A DNA stretch of 63,973 nt from Thecamonas trahens ATCC 50062 (Eukaryota; Protista; Apusomonadida). The position numbers were made by a program, and so were the translations under genes. The stretch spans positions 124,001 to 187,973 of the forward strand of contig NW_013657655.1 in NCBI RefSeq assembly GCF_000142905.1, written 5' to 3'. This document shows positions 19,440-31,474 of the stretch, piece by piece (within the stretch, counting starts at the first letter, position 1; each line of letters begins with the position of its first letter). The notes under the pieces are model-generated. The model did no database searches, was not told the origin of the DNA, and was given only the letters and a program-made list of their open reading frames with translations.

Positions 19440-20352
19440 ATGGTACGAGCCCTTCCCCATACCCCCCTCTCTCTCCCCCTCCCCTTTTCTCTCCCCCCCC
19501 TTCCTTGACTCACGGTGTGTGTATGGGTGTGTGCGGGGGGGGTTACCTGGTCGTGGGCCGTGGGCGAATGGGCGACAGTCGGCAACATCAGCGTACGTAC
19601 AAGAGACAGACAGAGGACACACAAGACGATGAGGGGGGGGAGAGAGAGGGAGAAGATGACTCATGTGTGTGTATGTGTGTGTGTGTGTGTGTATGTGTGT
19701 CGATGGGCGGACAATGGATAGTATTGCCCGTGCTATCGAAGAGGATCTCGCCGAGAAGGAGGAGCAGTTTGAGGACGATGACGATCTGTCCAAGATTCGT
19801 GAGCGGCGGCTGGCCGAGCTGAGGAAGAAGGCCATGGAGGTGCGGGCAAAGGAGTCGGCACAGCATGGCATGTACAATGAGGTTCCGGAGGAGGCCTTTC
19901 TGGAGTTGGTGACCAAGACCAAGCTTGTTGTGGCTCACTTTTACCACTCGGACTTTAACCGCTGCCGCATTGTCGACGATCATCTGGAGCGCCTCGCGCC
20001 GCGCCACTTCCATACCAAGTTTATCAAGTGCAACGTGGAGAACTTCCCGTTCTTTGTGGAGAAGCTCAAGATCCGCATGCTGCCCACCATTGTCTGCTTC
20101 CGCGACGGCGTCTGCATCGACCGCGTGGTCGGCTTTGAGGAGCTCGGCTCTACCGACGACTTTGAGACCTCGGCCCTCGAAGCTCGCCTCGGCATGGCCG
20201 GCATGGTCAAGCGCGGCGGCGACAACCCGTATGCCGACGGCTCCATTGCCCGCAACGACGACGACGACGGAGTCATCGGCTCTCGCGAGCGTACCCTCTG
20301 GTCCGCCATCCCTATCACCTCGCCCGACGAGGACATCGACTTTGACGCCTGA
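19440..20352 (+). CDS. TXNDC9: Phosducin-like protein 3 (thioredoxin-fold CCT co-chaperone); exons 19440-19442, 19579-19592, 19722-20352
   Basis: LSKIRERRLAEL, HGMYNEV, VVAHFYHSDFNRCRIVDDHL, LKIRMLPTI, DRVVGFEELGSTDDF. Confidence 0.9.
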
Positions 20353-20440
20353 TGGCAAAGCAGTACACAACACACGTATCCTATCACTCGCTCTTCCCTT
20401 TAGCCGGCACGGTTTATGCACCAACGCTGGCGCGCGCGCG

Positions 20441-22633
20441 TCAGGTCAACGGCGTGCTTGCGGCCTCTTCCTCGGCCTCGTCGGCTTCGAGGACGGCGGC
20501 AAGGAGCTCGGCAGCTAGTGGGTCGCAGGCCGGCGCTGTGGGCGGCGGTGCGGCGGCGAGCGGCGCCTTGGCGAGGAGAACGCCAGCGAGATCCTTGCAG
20601 AACTCTTCAAAGACGAGGACGCCATGCAGAAAGTCTTCGCGGCCAAAGGTCTCAAAGGTGTCGAGCTTGCGGGCCTCGGCCTCGGCGCCGGCGCCGCGGG
20701 CGGTGTCCATGCCGAGTGAGCGCTTTGCGGCGTCGAGCTTTGCGGCAAAGTCGTTCTGGCGACGCGAGCGGCCTGCGATCTCGTCGGCGACTTGGGCGAG
20801 GATGGCGTAGAGGGTGCGCATGTCGGCGCCGGCGCGGAGCGGCGACGGATTAAGCAAGACGGCATGAAGGAGCTCAGAGGGGTAGACGGCGAGGAGCGAG
20901 ACGATGTGCGTGACTGCGAGGTTGATTTCCAGCGGCGATTCGAGGAGGGCCTCCAGGCGGTTGAAGATGACGGCAAGAAAGGCGCCTTCGGGCGGGCCGC
21001 CTTCGGCGGGAGGCGCAGCTACGACAAGCTCGGTTGCCTGCTCGCGCGAGAGGGTATAGGCCTGGAGGCAGGCGGCGAGGCGGGCATGGGCGTCGAGAAG
21101 GTAGCCCTCGTAGTCGAGACGCGGCTGCGACGACGGGTTGTGGACGACGCCGAGAGCGAGGAAGGCCTCGAGTGCGTTGTGCGAGCCGCCGGTCCGCTCG
21201 TGCAGCGGAGCGAGGAGGTCGCTGGCGGGACGAAGCTCGCACAGGACCAGGTGCTCGAGGACGCAGCCCGAGTAGCCGCTGAGGAGGGCGACAAAGAGAT
21301 CGAGTGCGGCGAGTGCGACGGCATCCGACATGGCCTCGACGCGGTTGATGAGTGTGCTGCGGAGCGGCGCGCCCGGGCCAAAGAGGAAGGCGCCGAGGGC
21401 GTCGACAAGCGCCGGGTGGCCGAGGGCGCGGACAACGACGGCAGCGTTGCGCATGGCAGTCTCGGCCTGATTGTCGATGGTGGCCTCGAGCGCCGGCCCG
21501 AGGATGGGACCGAGGAACGAGGCGGTGATGGCGTTGGCGGCAGCACGGGCAATGGAGCCGCCGCCGAGACGGGCGACGTTGCCGACAAACTCGGCTTGGT
21601 CCTGGAGGGCGGTGCGGAGCGGGTTGGCGCTGGCGTCGGCAGCCGACTCGGCGGGCGGGAGGGCGGCGAAGAGAGCGCCGAGTGCCTTAACCATCGACTC
21701 GGGCAGGTCCGCGGCGAGGACAGCGCTGCGGAGGCGGCCTGAGGGGGTGGTGAGGAGGGCAAGGATGGCGGAGCGGGCCATGGTGCCCATGCGAGCGCGT
21801 GCGTCGGAGCTCTGCTCGACCTCGACGTTCATCGAGTAGCCGAGGCCGACGAGAACAGGCATGGTCGGCGGGCTATCGGCGGTCTCAACAATCATAAACT
21901 GGATGAGCGAGGGGTCGCGGACGAGGACCTTGCACACCGCACGAAGAAGCTTGAGGAAGCTGGTAAAGTAGCGGGCGTCGCGTGAGGCGAGCGAGGCGTC
22001 GATGAGCTTGTTGAGTGGGGCATGGATGCCGACGTGCGGGATGAGCGACGTCTGCGAGTTGCTCAGTAGCTCGGCGGTAAAGTCGAGGACAAGGGCGTGC
22101 ATGCCATATGGGTAGTTGGCCTTGGCGAACGAATACAGCGTCTGCAGCATGCGCTTCTCGATGAACTCTTCCATACATGGTCCTGCAGCGATGGAGGCCT
22201 TTGGACGACGGCGGCGCTTCGAGTTTGACGACCGCGAGCTGCTGTCCGACGCGCTTGCATCCTCACTCTCGTTGGCCGCTGCTCCCGCCTCTGCCATCCT
22301 CTCCTGCTCTTTGACCAGCACATTGAGCATCCGCTCCAATCGCCACGGTAGTGACGTCTCCTTGACCGGCACGTCCTCTGGCAGAGCGATGAAGGGAGGG
22401 CGTGTGGGGGACGGGGGGGGGGGAGGGGGGGGGGCGTGAGTGAGCATGACCTGGGTCACGAGAGAAGGGGGGAGGTGGGGGGGGGGGGGGGTGGCCTACG
22501 TACCATCATGAGGCCTTGTGAAAAAGTCATTGATCTCCGACCACAGAGTGGTAAACTCGTCAACCGGGTTGCTTGCCTTGCCCGTCACGAGCTTGGACGC
22601 CGACTCCATGAACTTGCCCAACTTGCCGAACAT
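20441..22633 (-). CDS. FHIP/FAM160 (RAI16-like, FTS-Hook-interacting) protein; intron 22378-22503
   Basis: LERMLNVLVKEQ, AGPCMEEFIEKRMLQTL, YPYGMH, YEGYLLDAH, EGAFLAVIFNRLEALLESPLEINLAVTHIVSLLAVYP, VLVFEEFCKDLAG. Confidence 0.88.
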
Positions 22634-22870
22634 GGTGGGCCTACGTGACTTCCTTCTGACCTCGGTGGGCTCACTCACTCACTCTCTCACTCTACCTATA
22701 TCCTCTCCTGCTACCGGCCTCTCTCTCTCTCTCACCTTGCTGCGGTGGAAGAGGAGTGGTGGCCGGTGGTGGTGACGGGAGTGACACAGCCGGCGGGAAG
22801 ACTTGAGCTCACAGCGTCGTGGCTTCTACTCATTGTCATCATCTTCATCCGTCGATCTCCTCACCCTCGC

Positions 22871-22909
<39 letters not shown>

Positions 22910-23228
22910 TCTCTTTCTCTCTCTCCCTCCCTACTCGCATCTCATCTCATCCACCTGCCCGCCATCAAGACTGATCCTCATCATCATCACAGTCGTCACA
23001 GTTATCACAGTTATCACCCTTTTCATCGTACTCGTCATAGCCATCGTGCTGGCCATGCGACTTGACGGCGATGCATGCAGATGCGAGCAGGGGATGTAGG
23101 ATTACCACCCGTAGCTTACTGAGGAGGTAACAGCGGTGGTAGTGTGTCAGGCATTACGGCTCATGCTCTTGTCTTGCCTTCCATCGATTGCCTGTGCTGA
23201 GTACATGGGCAAGCCAATGGCGGCGCAA

Positions 23229-23475
23229 TGCGACATGAAAGACGGCGACGGTGGCGACTAGAGGGCGAGGACACCTAGGGGGCGATCCAGTGAGCTACAG
23301 TGAGCTACAGTGAGCTGCAAAGGGTATCGGCATATATTCTCTACCAGCTATAAAGATCACTATAAAGATCAGCCCACCCACACCAAGAACCCAAGCCATC
23401 GCGATGGTCCATCCTGTGCTCGCGACTTTAGTCGGTGCGGTGCATTGCGACATGAAAGACGGCGACGGTGGCGAC
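23229..23475. repeat. Two identical 30-bp direct repeats flanking short tandem duplications
   Basis: TGCGACATGAAAGACGGCGACGGTGGCGAC at 23229-23258 and 23446-23475; (CAGTGAGCTA)x3 at 23288-23316; (CTATAAAGATCA)x2 at 23348-23371. Confidence 0.9.
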
Positions 23476-23569
23476 CGGAGGGCGAGAGGACAGAATGGCG
23501 ATGATGGGCAAGGGCACTGGCATTTTGTGAGGAACACCTGACTTGACCCACCACTCCAGGTAGCTACGG

Positions 23570-24791
23570 ATGTCTGCTTGTCCCGTAGAGCATGTACGTG
23601 TCATCCTTGCCGTCTGTGGGCATGGTAGAGTGTCTGGAACAAGGTGTGCGTTTGTGTCCAAGGAGAAGGGAAGGGAAGAGAAGCCGAGCCGACGCGGGCA
23701 AACGTTCCAAACTCACACAAAGACCTTGATGTGGGGGCTGTTCTCGATGTGGGGGTTGTTCTCGATATGTGTGTGTGTGTGTGTGTGTGTGCGTGCATGT
23801 GTGTGCGGCTGTTCTCGTTGTGTGGCTGTTCTGCTGCGGTTGGTTTCATGCTGTGCATGCCGCATGCTGTGTCTGTTGCGTGCATGGCGTGTGGTACATG
23901 TTGGTGGTGGTGGCCTGGCCGGGGGGGGGGGAGGAGGGGCAGGACATGTCCGAGGCAGAGTTTGAGGAGGAGTTGCGGAAGGAGCGTGGCTTTGTCATTG
24001 AGCGGATGGCCGAGGATGGCAACTGCCTATTCCGGGCTGTAGCCCATCAGGTATGGGCCGATCCCGAGCGGCACGATCTTGTCCGTGAGCAGACGATGGA
24101 CTGGATGGCGCGGAATCGCGAGCACTTTGCACAGTTTGTGGCGGGCGACTTTGATGCCTACATCCGTCACAAGCGACAGCTGCGGGTGTTTGGCGACCAT
24201 GCCGAGATCCACGCCATGTCTGAGATCTACAACCGGCCAGTCGAGGTGTATGCCTACGACACGGTCCCACTCAACACCTTTCAGGGCCGCTCGACGTCGA
24301 GCACCAACCCGCCGATCCGGCTCTCCTACCACTCACAGAACCACTACAATTCGATCATCGACCCTGCTGCGCCCAACTTTTGCGTTGGTCTCGGCCTCCC
24401 CGAGCTGAGCACGCCGGGCGAGGCCGAGGCTCGGCTCGTCCGACGCGCCCAGGAAGAGTCCGAGCTGGAGGACGCTGAGGCCCAGCTGTATTCTGCCGTC
24501 GTCATGGACGATGTCATTCAAGAGTCGGAGAACAACGCCGTCGATGACGCCCAGCTGCAGGCTGCACTTCAGGCCTCCCTGGTCGACATGGATGTGGCAC
24601 CGGCGAGCCCGACCGTGCCCGACGACGCTTTCTTGCAGGCGGCCATCGAGTCATCGCTTGCAGAGTCTGCCCAGGCCGAGGACATAGCCCTCCGCGAGGC
24701 GCTGCAGGCCTCGGTCCTCGAGTTTCTGGATCCATTCGGCGACGACGACAACGATGGCCTCGGCGGTGCCTCGTCGTCTCGCGCCACATAG
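23570..24791 (+). CDS. OTU-domain deubiquitinase (OTUD5/DUBA-like) with three UIM-like motifs; exon 23570-23593, intron 23594-23942
   Basis: MAEDGNCLFRAVAHQVW (catalytic D/C) and PIRLSYHSQNHYNSI (His). UIM-like DDAQLQAALQASL, DDAFLQAAIESSL, EDIALREALQASV. Confidence 0.88.
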
Positions 24792-24880
24792 CGCCCTGCG
24801 CTGCAATCCCCCAAGAAACGAGACTACAGAGTGTTTGATGAATCTGCCATGAATCAGTCCCGCAAGAGTGCCTTGCACAC

Positions 24881-27505
24881 TTACGAGGCCATCGGGATGG
24901 CCGACGGCAGCGGCGTTGCCGGCGTCGAGGCATCCGGGCGTCTCTTCGACTTTGCCTTGTCCTTGGACTTTGCCTTTGCCTTTGCCTTTGCCTTGGACTT
25001 TGCTTTGTCCTTGGACTTTGCCTTGTCCTTGTCCTTGGATTTTGCCTTGGCCTTGGCGGTGTGGCGGCGAGTGGCATGGCGGCCGTCGTCGGCGAGATTG
25101 GCTTCGTTATCAACGACATGAGCGCGCCCTTTGGCCGCAGCCGACTCATTGAGAGTCGACGACGACATGGTGGTGAGATTGGAGAGCATGGCCGAGCTCG
25201 AGCCCGAGGTGACGCCACTAAAGCCAAAGTCGGACGATGACTTGGTAAGGAGCGACGGGAGCTTGGGCTGGACGTCCCATTTGGGCAAATCCGGCGCGTC
25301 CGGCGCACTGGGCGAGAGGGGCAGCTGTAACGAGGAATCAAAGTCGTCGTCGTCATTGTCGACACGATGGAACGAGGACTCGAGCACGTTAAACTTGGAT
25401 GGCTCGGTGCAGTCGTCATCAAACGAGGAGGGCGAGACGTAGGAAAAGTCCTGAAAGGCGCCGCCAAAATCGGAGGCGCGCTGCTCGGACGAGGCGGGGG
25501 TAAACTCGGCGTCGCCTGGCGAGACGGCCTCCTTGGTAAACTCGGGATCAAAGTTGAGCGCGTCGTCGAGGACAGCGGTCGGCGGCACAAACTCGGGCGT
25601 GTAGCCGCGGCGGGCGACACGCGACCAATCGAGCGGCGCGAAAAAATGGTGGGCTTTGACTTCGGATGCGCCGCGGCGGCCGCCGCCAAGCCGCTCGATC
25701 GGGTCGTGGCAGAGGAGCGCCTCCAAGAGCTCCACACCATCGTCGGGAATGCACGACGGGTACCCGATCTTGCCGGCGAGAATGGCTTCGTACACCTCGA
25801 GGTCTGTCCGCCCGAGGAACGGCGTGTTGGCGCACCACAGCTCGTAGAGGACGATGCCAAGGTTCCACCAGTCAAAAGCGAGGCCGTAGGCATGACCCTT
25901 GATCACCTCGGGCGCCAGGTACTCGGGCGTGCCGCAAAAGGTTGTCGCGCCCGAGACCGAGTCGGAAATCTGCTTGACAAGGCCAAAGTCGGTGACCTTG
26001 ACGTGGCCTTCGGCGTCGAGGAGAATGTTCTCCGGCTTGAGGTCGCGGTAGACAAAGCCGGCGTCGTGGATGGCCTCCAGCGCGAGCACAAGCTCCGCGC
26101 CGTAAAGCCGGACCCGCGGCGTCGAGAACCGGCCCTGCTGCCGCTGATGGTAGAAGAGCTCGCCGCCGGCGGCGTACTCGAGCACCATGTACAGACGGGT
26201 CACCGACTGGAACGCCATCCGCATCTGCACGATAAACGGGTGATGGAGCTTGCCGAGAACCTCCTTCTCGGCAAGCGTGTGCTGAACCTGCTTGTCCTTC
26301 TTCAGCCGCGATTTGGAGATCATCTTCATGGCGTAGAGCTTGCCAGAGTCAAGCTTACGCACAAGCACGACCTTGGCAAATGCACCCGAGCCCAGGTTGG
26401 CGAGAAGCTCAAAATCACACATCGTGTATCGCTTGCGCACAAATGAGCTCTGTCGCGAGTTGGCCAAGTACAGCACATTGTCAGTCTCCGCCGGCCACTC
26501 GGATGTCGGCGAGAGCAGCGGCGTGAGCGGCGTGTTCGGCGAGCCCGGCGCAGACCGCCCGCCCACAGCAACTTCCATGTTGAGCGCCATCTCCACGTCT
26601 TTGCACACCATCGCCACCAGCTCGTCGTCCAACGACGAGCCGCTGACCCGAGTAAGGCCTGCCAGCCACCGAGCCTGCAGCACTGCAGATGCCGCCACCA
26701 AGTAGTAGTCCTTGCCCTTGCGCGTTCGGATGTGGAACGTATGCTTGCGCTTGAAAATCGTTGCGGGCGTCTTGCTCACCACAGACCCACGAAGCGAGAT
26801 GAGGCCCTTGGCCGCTTTGAGCCGCAGCTTGCCACGAGACCCTCCGCGCGCCTGTGAGCCATGTCACGCCCCCACGCCCGCCACCCCCGTACCACCCAAC
26901 GAAGCACGCACGCCAGGTCACAAAGGCCCAGCACGCACCCCCCCCCGGCCCCCCCAGCACCGCACACATCATTTCTGGTTAGTTACACTCTCTGACTAGC
27001 TCTGCAGTCTGCTACCGCCTCCCAGAACATTCCTCGGCGTTGACCAATGTGGATGGTACAAGCCTTCCTACAAAACCGGCTGCGCGTGCGGCTGACGCTC
27101 GTTTCGGGCGCAAAAAACCGAGCGACTGACGCCGGGCGGCCCACAGGCAACCCACCCACGTGGCGGCATTGCAGGGGCAAACCAAGTCGAAGCAGAGTCG
27201 AAGCACGGTACCGACTTGGCCTATCATGTGTGTAGCACACTTGTTCACCCATTTCCCGTCCCATGTCCCCCTCCCCCTCACACGCGTGCACCTTCCACCA
27301 TAGTTCAACATACATGCTGGCGCGTTACAAAGTACACCAAGGCCGCGCTCCGCGTTTGGTTGTCGACCACGACGGCAAACCAACGAGTCTTCCAAGACTT
27401 GCGCTTCTGGCCACGCTTGAGGAGCATGCCACAAAAGATGGGTTGCACGGAGAGGTTGCGTGATGAGGTGTCGAGCGGAGGCAAGTCCATGCCGGAGACA
27501 GACAT
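24881..27505 (-). CDS. PH-domain AGC Ser/Thr kinase (Akt/PKB-SGK-like); intron 26852-27313 splits the PH domain
   Basis: PH GMLLKRGQKRKSWKTRWF...AKGLISL...YYLVAASAVLQARWL; kinase LGSGAFAKV, YAMK, YRDLKPEN, DFG, TFCGTPEYLAPE; AGC tail NFDPEF and hydrophobic motif FQDFSY. Confidence 0.92.
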
Positions 27506-27975
27506 GCCTACCACACGAGCAAGCAACACCGTGGAGAGAGGTGCAGGGGCGGTGAATCAGTTTTCCGAGAGAGACCTCAGCTGCGGGTTATTCTCGGCCG
27601 GCCCTTCCTTTCATTTGTGATGCTATTGTTGGTAGCTATGCAGAAAAATGCTGTTTCAGAGACAAACCGCGTGGCTTTTTTTTTGCCCTCAAACTGGGAT
27701 CCGGTGGTGGCGGCACAGAAGGAATCGGATCCGCCTAGTGTCATTGGCGTGTTAAAAAATGCTGACGTCCATTTGTCTGTCACTGCAGCCAGGCCCGGTT
27801 TTGGTTGCCTCTGTTGATCTGTGCGGGGGAGGGCGGCAGGGGTGTGTGGGGGGGAGGAGGGTGCGGGCAAAGTAGAACACCTCCCTCGGCATTAAGCTGG
27901 CGGGAGTGGGCTGGAAGGCAGAAGGAGTTTAGTACAGTGGTGGGCGAGGTAGCTACGTGGTAGAGTACTTGAGAC

Positions 27976-29280
27976 ATGTCGTCGGACAAGTACAAGAGCT
28001 ATGAGATTGGGGCTAGGCTGGGCCGCGGAGCTGCGGGCGACGTCCACTTGGCGACGTACAAGAAGAAGGGCACCACGGTGGTTATTAAGCTCATGAACAT
28101 CTACAACATGCCGGAGAAGGAGGCAGAGTCTGCGACTCGGGAAGCCTACTTTCTCCGGTCGCTCAAGCACCCCAACGTAGTCCGCTACATCGACTCGTTT
28201 ATCCACGGGCCGACGCTCATGATCGTCATGGAGCACGCTGACGCCGGCGACCTGGCAACGCTTCTCGAGTCTCGCGAGGGTGAGAACTTGCCGGAGGACC
28301 TTGTCATCCGGATGTTTACCCAGATTGCGCTCGGTCTCAAGCACGTTCATGCCGCCAACGTCGTCCATCGCGACCTCAAGCCGCGCAACATTTTCCTCAC
28401 CTCGGAGGGCATGGTCAAAATCGGCGACTTTGGCGTTGCCAAGGAGCTGTCCGGGACCAAGAACCTGACGTCTACCGTCACCGGAACTCCGTCATATCTC
28501 TCGCCGCAGGTTTGCAACTCGGAGGAGTATGACACCCAGTCGGACATCTGGTCGCTCGGCTGCATCCTGTACGAGATGCTCACACTCTCCCGCGCCTTTC
28601 CAGGCTCGTCCATCGCCGCCGTCGTCTCACGCATCGTCTCCTACGCGCTCGAGCCTGTCGACCCGGCGCTCGGCTACTCGGCAGAGATCATCGACCTCAC
28701 TATGCGCATGCTCGCCGAGGCGCCGCAGGACCGCCCCACGGCCTCGGACATTGTCTCCATGCCGCTCTTCAAGAAGGCCATCCAAAAGTATCTGCGCAAG
28801 CAGCTGCAAATGCGCAGGGCGAACAAAAAGGCCGCCAAAGCCAAGGCCAAGGGCAAGGGCAAGGGCAAGGCTGCTGCCCCGCCGCCATCGTCGCCTGAAA
28901 AGCCTGCCGCCTCGCTCGTCTCCTCCATCATCGAGTCCTCGTTCCTCAAGACGGACGATGACGACTCTGCAGGCTCGGCCTCATCCGACGGCTCGGGCAA
29001 AGAGAGCGACTCGAATCGCCGCGCGCGTCGCTCGCTCTACCGCTCCATCGTCTCGGCCCGCCCGCGCAAGGTCAAGCCCGAGGAGGGCACCGAGATGTGG
29101 AAGTCGATAGGCTCGGGCCAGCGCCGCCGTCGCACTAAGCGTCACACCACCTACGACGACCGCGCAAGGGCCTCCAGGTCGTCGTCGGGTTCTTCCACCG
29201 CATACTCGGGCTCGTACTCGTACTCGTACGGCACTGACTCGTCTTACTCGTCCGACTCGACTGACTACTCGTACGAGTAA
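27976..29280 (+). CDS. NIMA-related (NEK) Ser/Thr kinase
   Basis: LKHPNVVRYIDSF, IVMEHADAGDL, HRDLKPRNIFL, KIGDFGVAK, GTPSYLSP, SDIWSLGCILYEM. Confidence 0.9.
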   Translation: MSSDKYKSYEIGARLGRGAAGDVHLATYKKKGTTVVIKLMNIYNMPEKEAESATREAYFLRSLKHPNVVRYIDSFIHGPTLMIVMEHADAGDLATLLESREGENLPEDLVIRMFTQIALGLKHVHAANVVHRDLKPRNIFLTSEGMVKIGDFGVAKELSGTKNLTSTVTGTPSYLSPQVCNSEEYDTQSDIWSLGCILYEMLTLSRAFPGSSIAAVVSRIVSYALEPVDPALGYSAEIIDLTMRMLAEAPQDRPTASDIVSMPLFKKAIQKYLRKQLQMRRANKKAAKAKAKGKGKGKAAAPPPSSPEKPAASLVSSIIESSFLKTDDDDSAGSASSDGSGKESDSNRRARRSLYRSIVSARPRKVKPEEGTEMWKSIGSGQRRRRTKRHTTYDDRARASRSSSGSSTAYSGSYSYSYGTDSSYSSDSTDYSYE

Positions 29281-29525
29281 GGACCTGCCTCCGATCTCCT
29301 GCTCTCTCTGCCATGCGCCGCCCACGAGACAGCGCTGCTTGAATGATGATGCCTGACTTTCTCCTCTGCCTCCCCTCCTCCCCGCAAATGAAGATCAGCT
29401 GATGTTGAGCCTCCTGTTGGAATTGTGCCGCATTGCTGGCCGCAGCTGCTTTGCCTTGACGCTCTGCTACCGTACCACGATGATGATGTGCCAAGCTCCT
29501 GATACCCGTCTCTTGTTCACACAAC

Positions 29526-30617
29526 ATGAACCAGAGTGCTGGCTACGCTCGCGGCTTTAGGCGCACTCTCAACGAGGCCGAAGGCCAGCAGGCAAGACTG
29601 CGGACCGAGTTTGAAGAGTTTGTACGCCCAAAGCCAATACTATGTGTGTGTGTGTGTGTGTGAGTGAGTGTGTGTGTGTGTCTGTCTGTCTGTGTGTGTG
29701 TGTGTGTCTGTGCGTGTGCGCGTGTGTGTGCCCTTGCTGGTTGGAGGTGATTGTTTCTACGACCTTTTTCAGATGCCCTTGGCCGAGGGCAATGGCATCT
29801 ATGCTTACATGACGTGAGAGGATGTCTTTGGGGATTAACATATATATATATGTGTGTGTGGAGCTAGGATGTCAAGGTGCTGCAGGATGCCGCAGCTAGC
29901 GTGTGTAGTGTCAAGGACGTGCTGGAGCCGGAGGAGTTGAAGAGGCAGCTGCAGGGCATCCGGAGCATGCTCGATACGGTGCTCGAGGCGCAGATCGAGT
30001 CGCTGGCGCACAGCAAGGCATTGCGTGAGGTGATGAAGAGCGCAGAAGCACACGACCAAGACGAGGCCCGTGCCCGTGCAGAGGCCGAAGCTGCAGCCAT
30101 GGCGGCTAGCGGCAGTGCCGCCGACTCGTATCAGCTGCGGATCTTTGACCTTGAGGCGGTGATGACCCGTGTGGCCGAGGCCTGCCGTGCGGCGGCAGCG
30201 GCGGAGCTCAAGAACGCCCACAATGCGGTGCTAGAAGAGTTTAAGGAGACGGTGACCAACTCCGTTGGCCTCATCGAGGGCGTCAACGACATGGAAATTG
30301 CCGTCGACGGTGACGACGACATTGCGGTTCTCCCCGTGGCGTCGACCTCGTCTACCCGCTTCATCTGCCCTATTTCGGGCCAGATCATGCAGGATCCAGT
30401 CCACGGGCCATGTGGCCATCACGTCGACCGGCCCGCCATTCTCCAGCACATGGGCTCGCGCATGTCGTGCAAGTGTCCGCACTTGGGCTGCGGCAGGATC
30501 ATCAACCGCCGAGACCTTGCCGTCTCAACCTCCATCTTGCGCGCTATTCGAAGCGCCAACATCAACGACGACACCACACAGGTTCCTGCCGGCCTCGAGG
30601 TCGAAGACGTGGCGTAG
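29526..30617 (+). CDS. NSMCE2: SMC5/6 SUMO E3 ligase NSE2/MMS21 (SP-RING); exon 29526-29621, intron 29622-29867
   Basis: Helical N-terminus, DDDIAV, then CPISGQIMQDPVHGPCGHHVDRPAI...CPHLGC (zf-Nse). Confidence 0.8.
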
Positions 30618-30707
30618 CCGTCGCTGCCCCGCGTCCTTTCCAGACTCGACGGCGCACTGCGCGTCCAAAGTCCGCAACTCCACCCAATACACAACCGCCC
30701 TCCCAGC

Positions 30708-31296
30708 TCATGATCCGACGCCTGCAGCTTGCTCGGCAGCAGGTGCTTCTGAACCGTCCCAGCTTGCCGACGACCGCGACTCCGAGCTGATGTTTCTTGC
30801 GTCGGCAACCAGGTCCGGCGGGGTGTACTCGTCGTCTGCGGTGGCCGGCGAGCGGGCGACGAGCAGGGAGCGATCGTCGTAGCTATCGAGCGTCCGGCGA
30901 TCGACCGAGGCAAAAGGATCCCACGCGGCGATGTGATCTGCGTACGATGCCGAGCGAGAGCGAGCAATGGCGTCGGGCGCCCAGGACATAGGCGAGGAGG
31001 CCGAAGCACCCGAGAGACCGAGCGCGGCAAGAAGGCCCATGTCTTCAGCTTCGCGGGCGTTGGATCCCGGACGGTAAAAGTCCTCACCTTTTTAGCCGAC
31101 GCCTTGCGCCGCGAGGCAAAGACCCGTCCCAGCACCGACCACAGGATGCCCATGACCACAAGGATGGCCAGGAAGGCCGCCAGCGACGTCAGCTCGCCGG
31201 GTTTGCCGACGTGAGTCGGATGCGGCCGGTCGGCACAGCATGACCTGCATTGGTTGCACGTCGCCATTGTCCACTCGTCGCATCCTGGGCTTGTCA

Positions 31297-31297
<1 letters not shown>
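30708..31297 (-). CDS. Small single-pass membrane protein with Cys-rich N-terminus (hypothetical)
   Basis: CDEWTMATCNQCRSCC, TM LAAFLAILVVMGILWSVLG, basic stop RRKASAKK. One base added to the run at 31089-31093 joins ORF 30708-31040. Confidence 0.55.

Positions 31298-31300
<3 letters not shown>

Positions 31301-31362
<62 letters not shown>
31301..31362. repeat. (GT)n microsatellite
   Basis: About 30 perfect GT units between UTP20 and the small membrane-protein gene. Confidence 0.95.
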
Positions 31363-31364
<2 letters not shown>

Positions 31365-31474
31365 CGGGGTGGAGTGGGGTGGAGTGGGGTGGAGGGTAGA
31401 GTGGGCAGGTTCGCGGACAGAGGGCGCGAATGCTGGAAGGGGAGTGGGAAGAGGGACAGTACGTTTACATGCGA

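Noticed and set aside
22745-23099. Short His-rich or hydrophobic ORFs in the FHIP/OTU intergenic region
   Set aside because: Derived from (CT)n and CAT/CAC-type simple repeats; no convincing start or splice support.
23229-23475. 30-bp direct repeats as a CRISPR array
   Set aside because: Only two copies, a 187-nt spacer, eukaryotic context and no cas genes.
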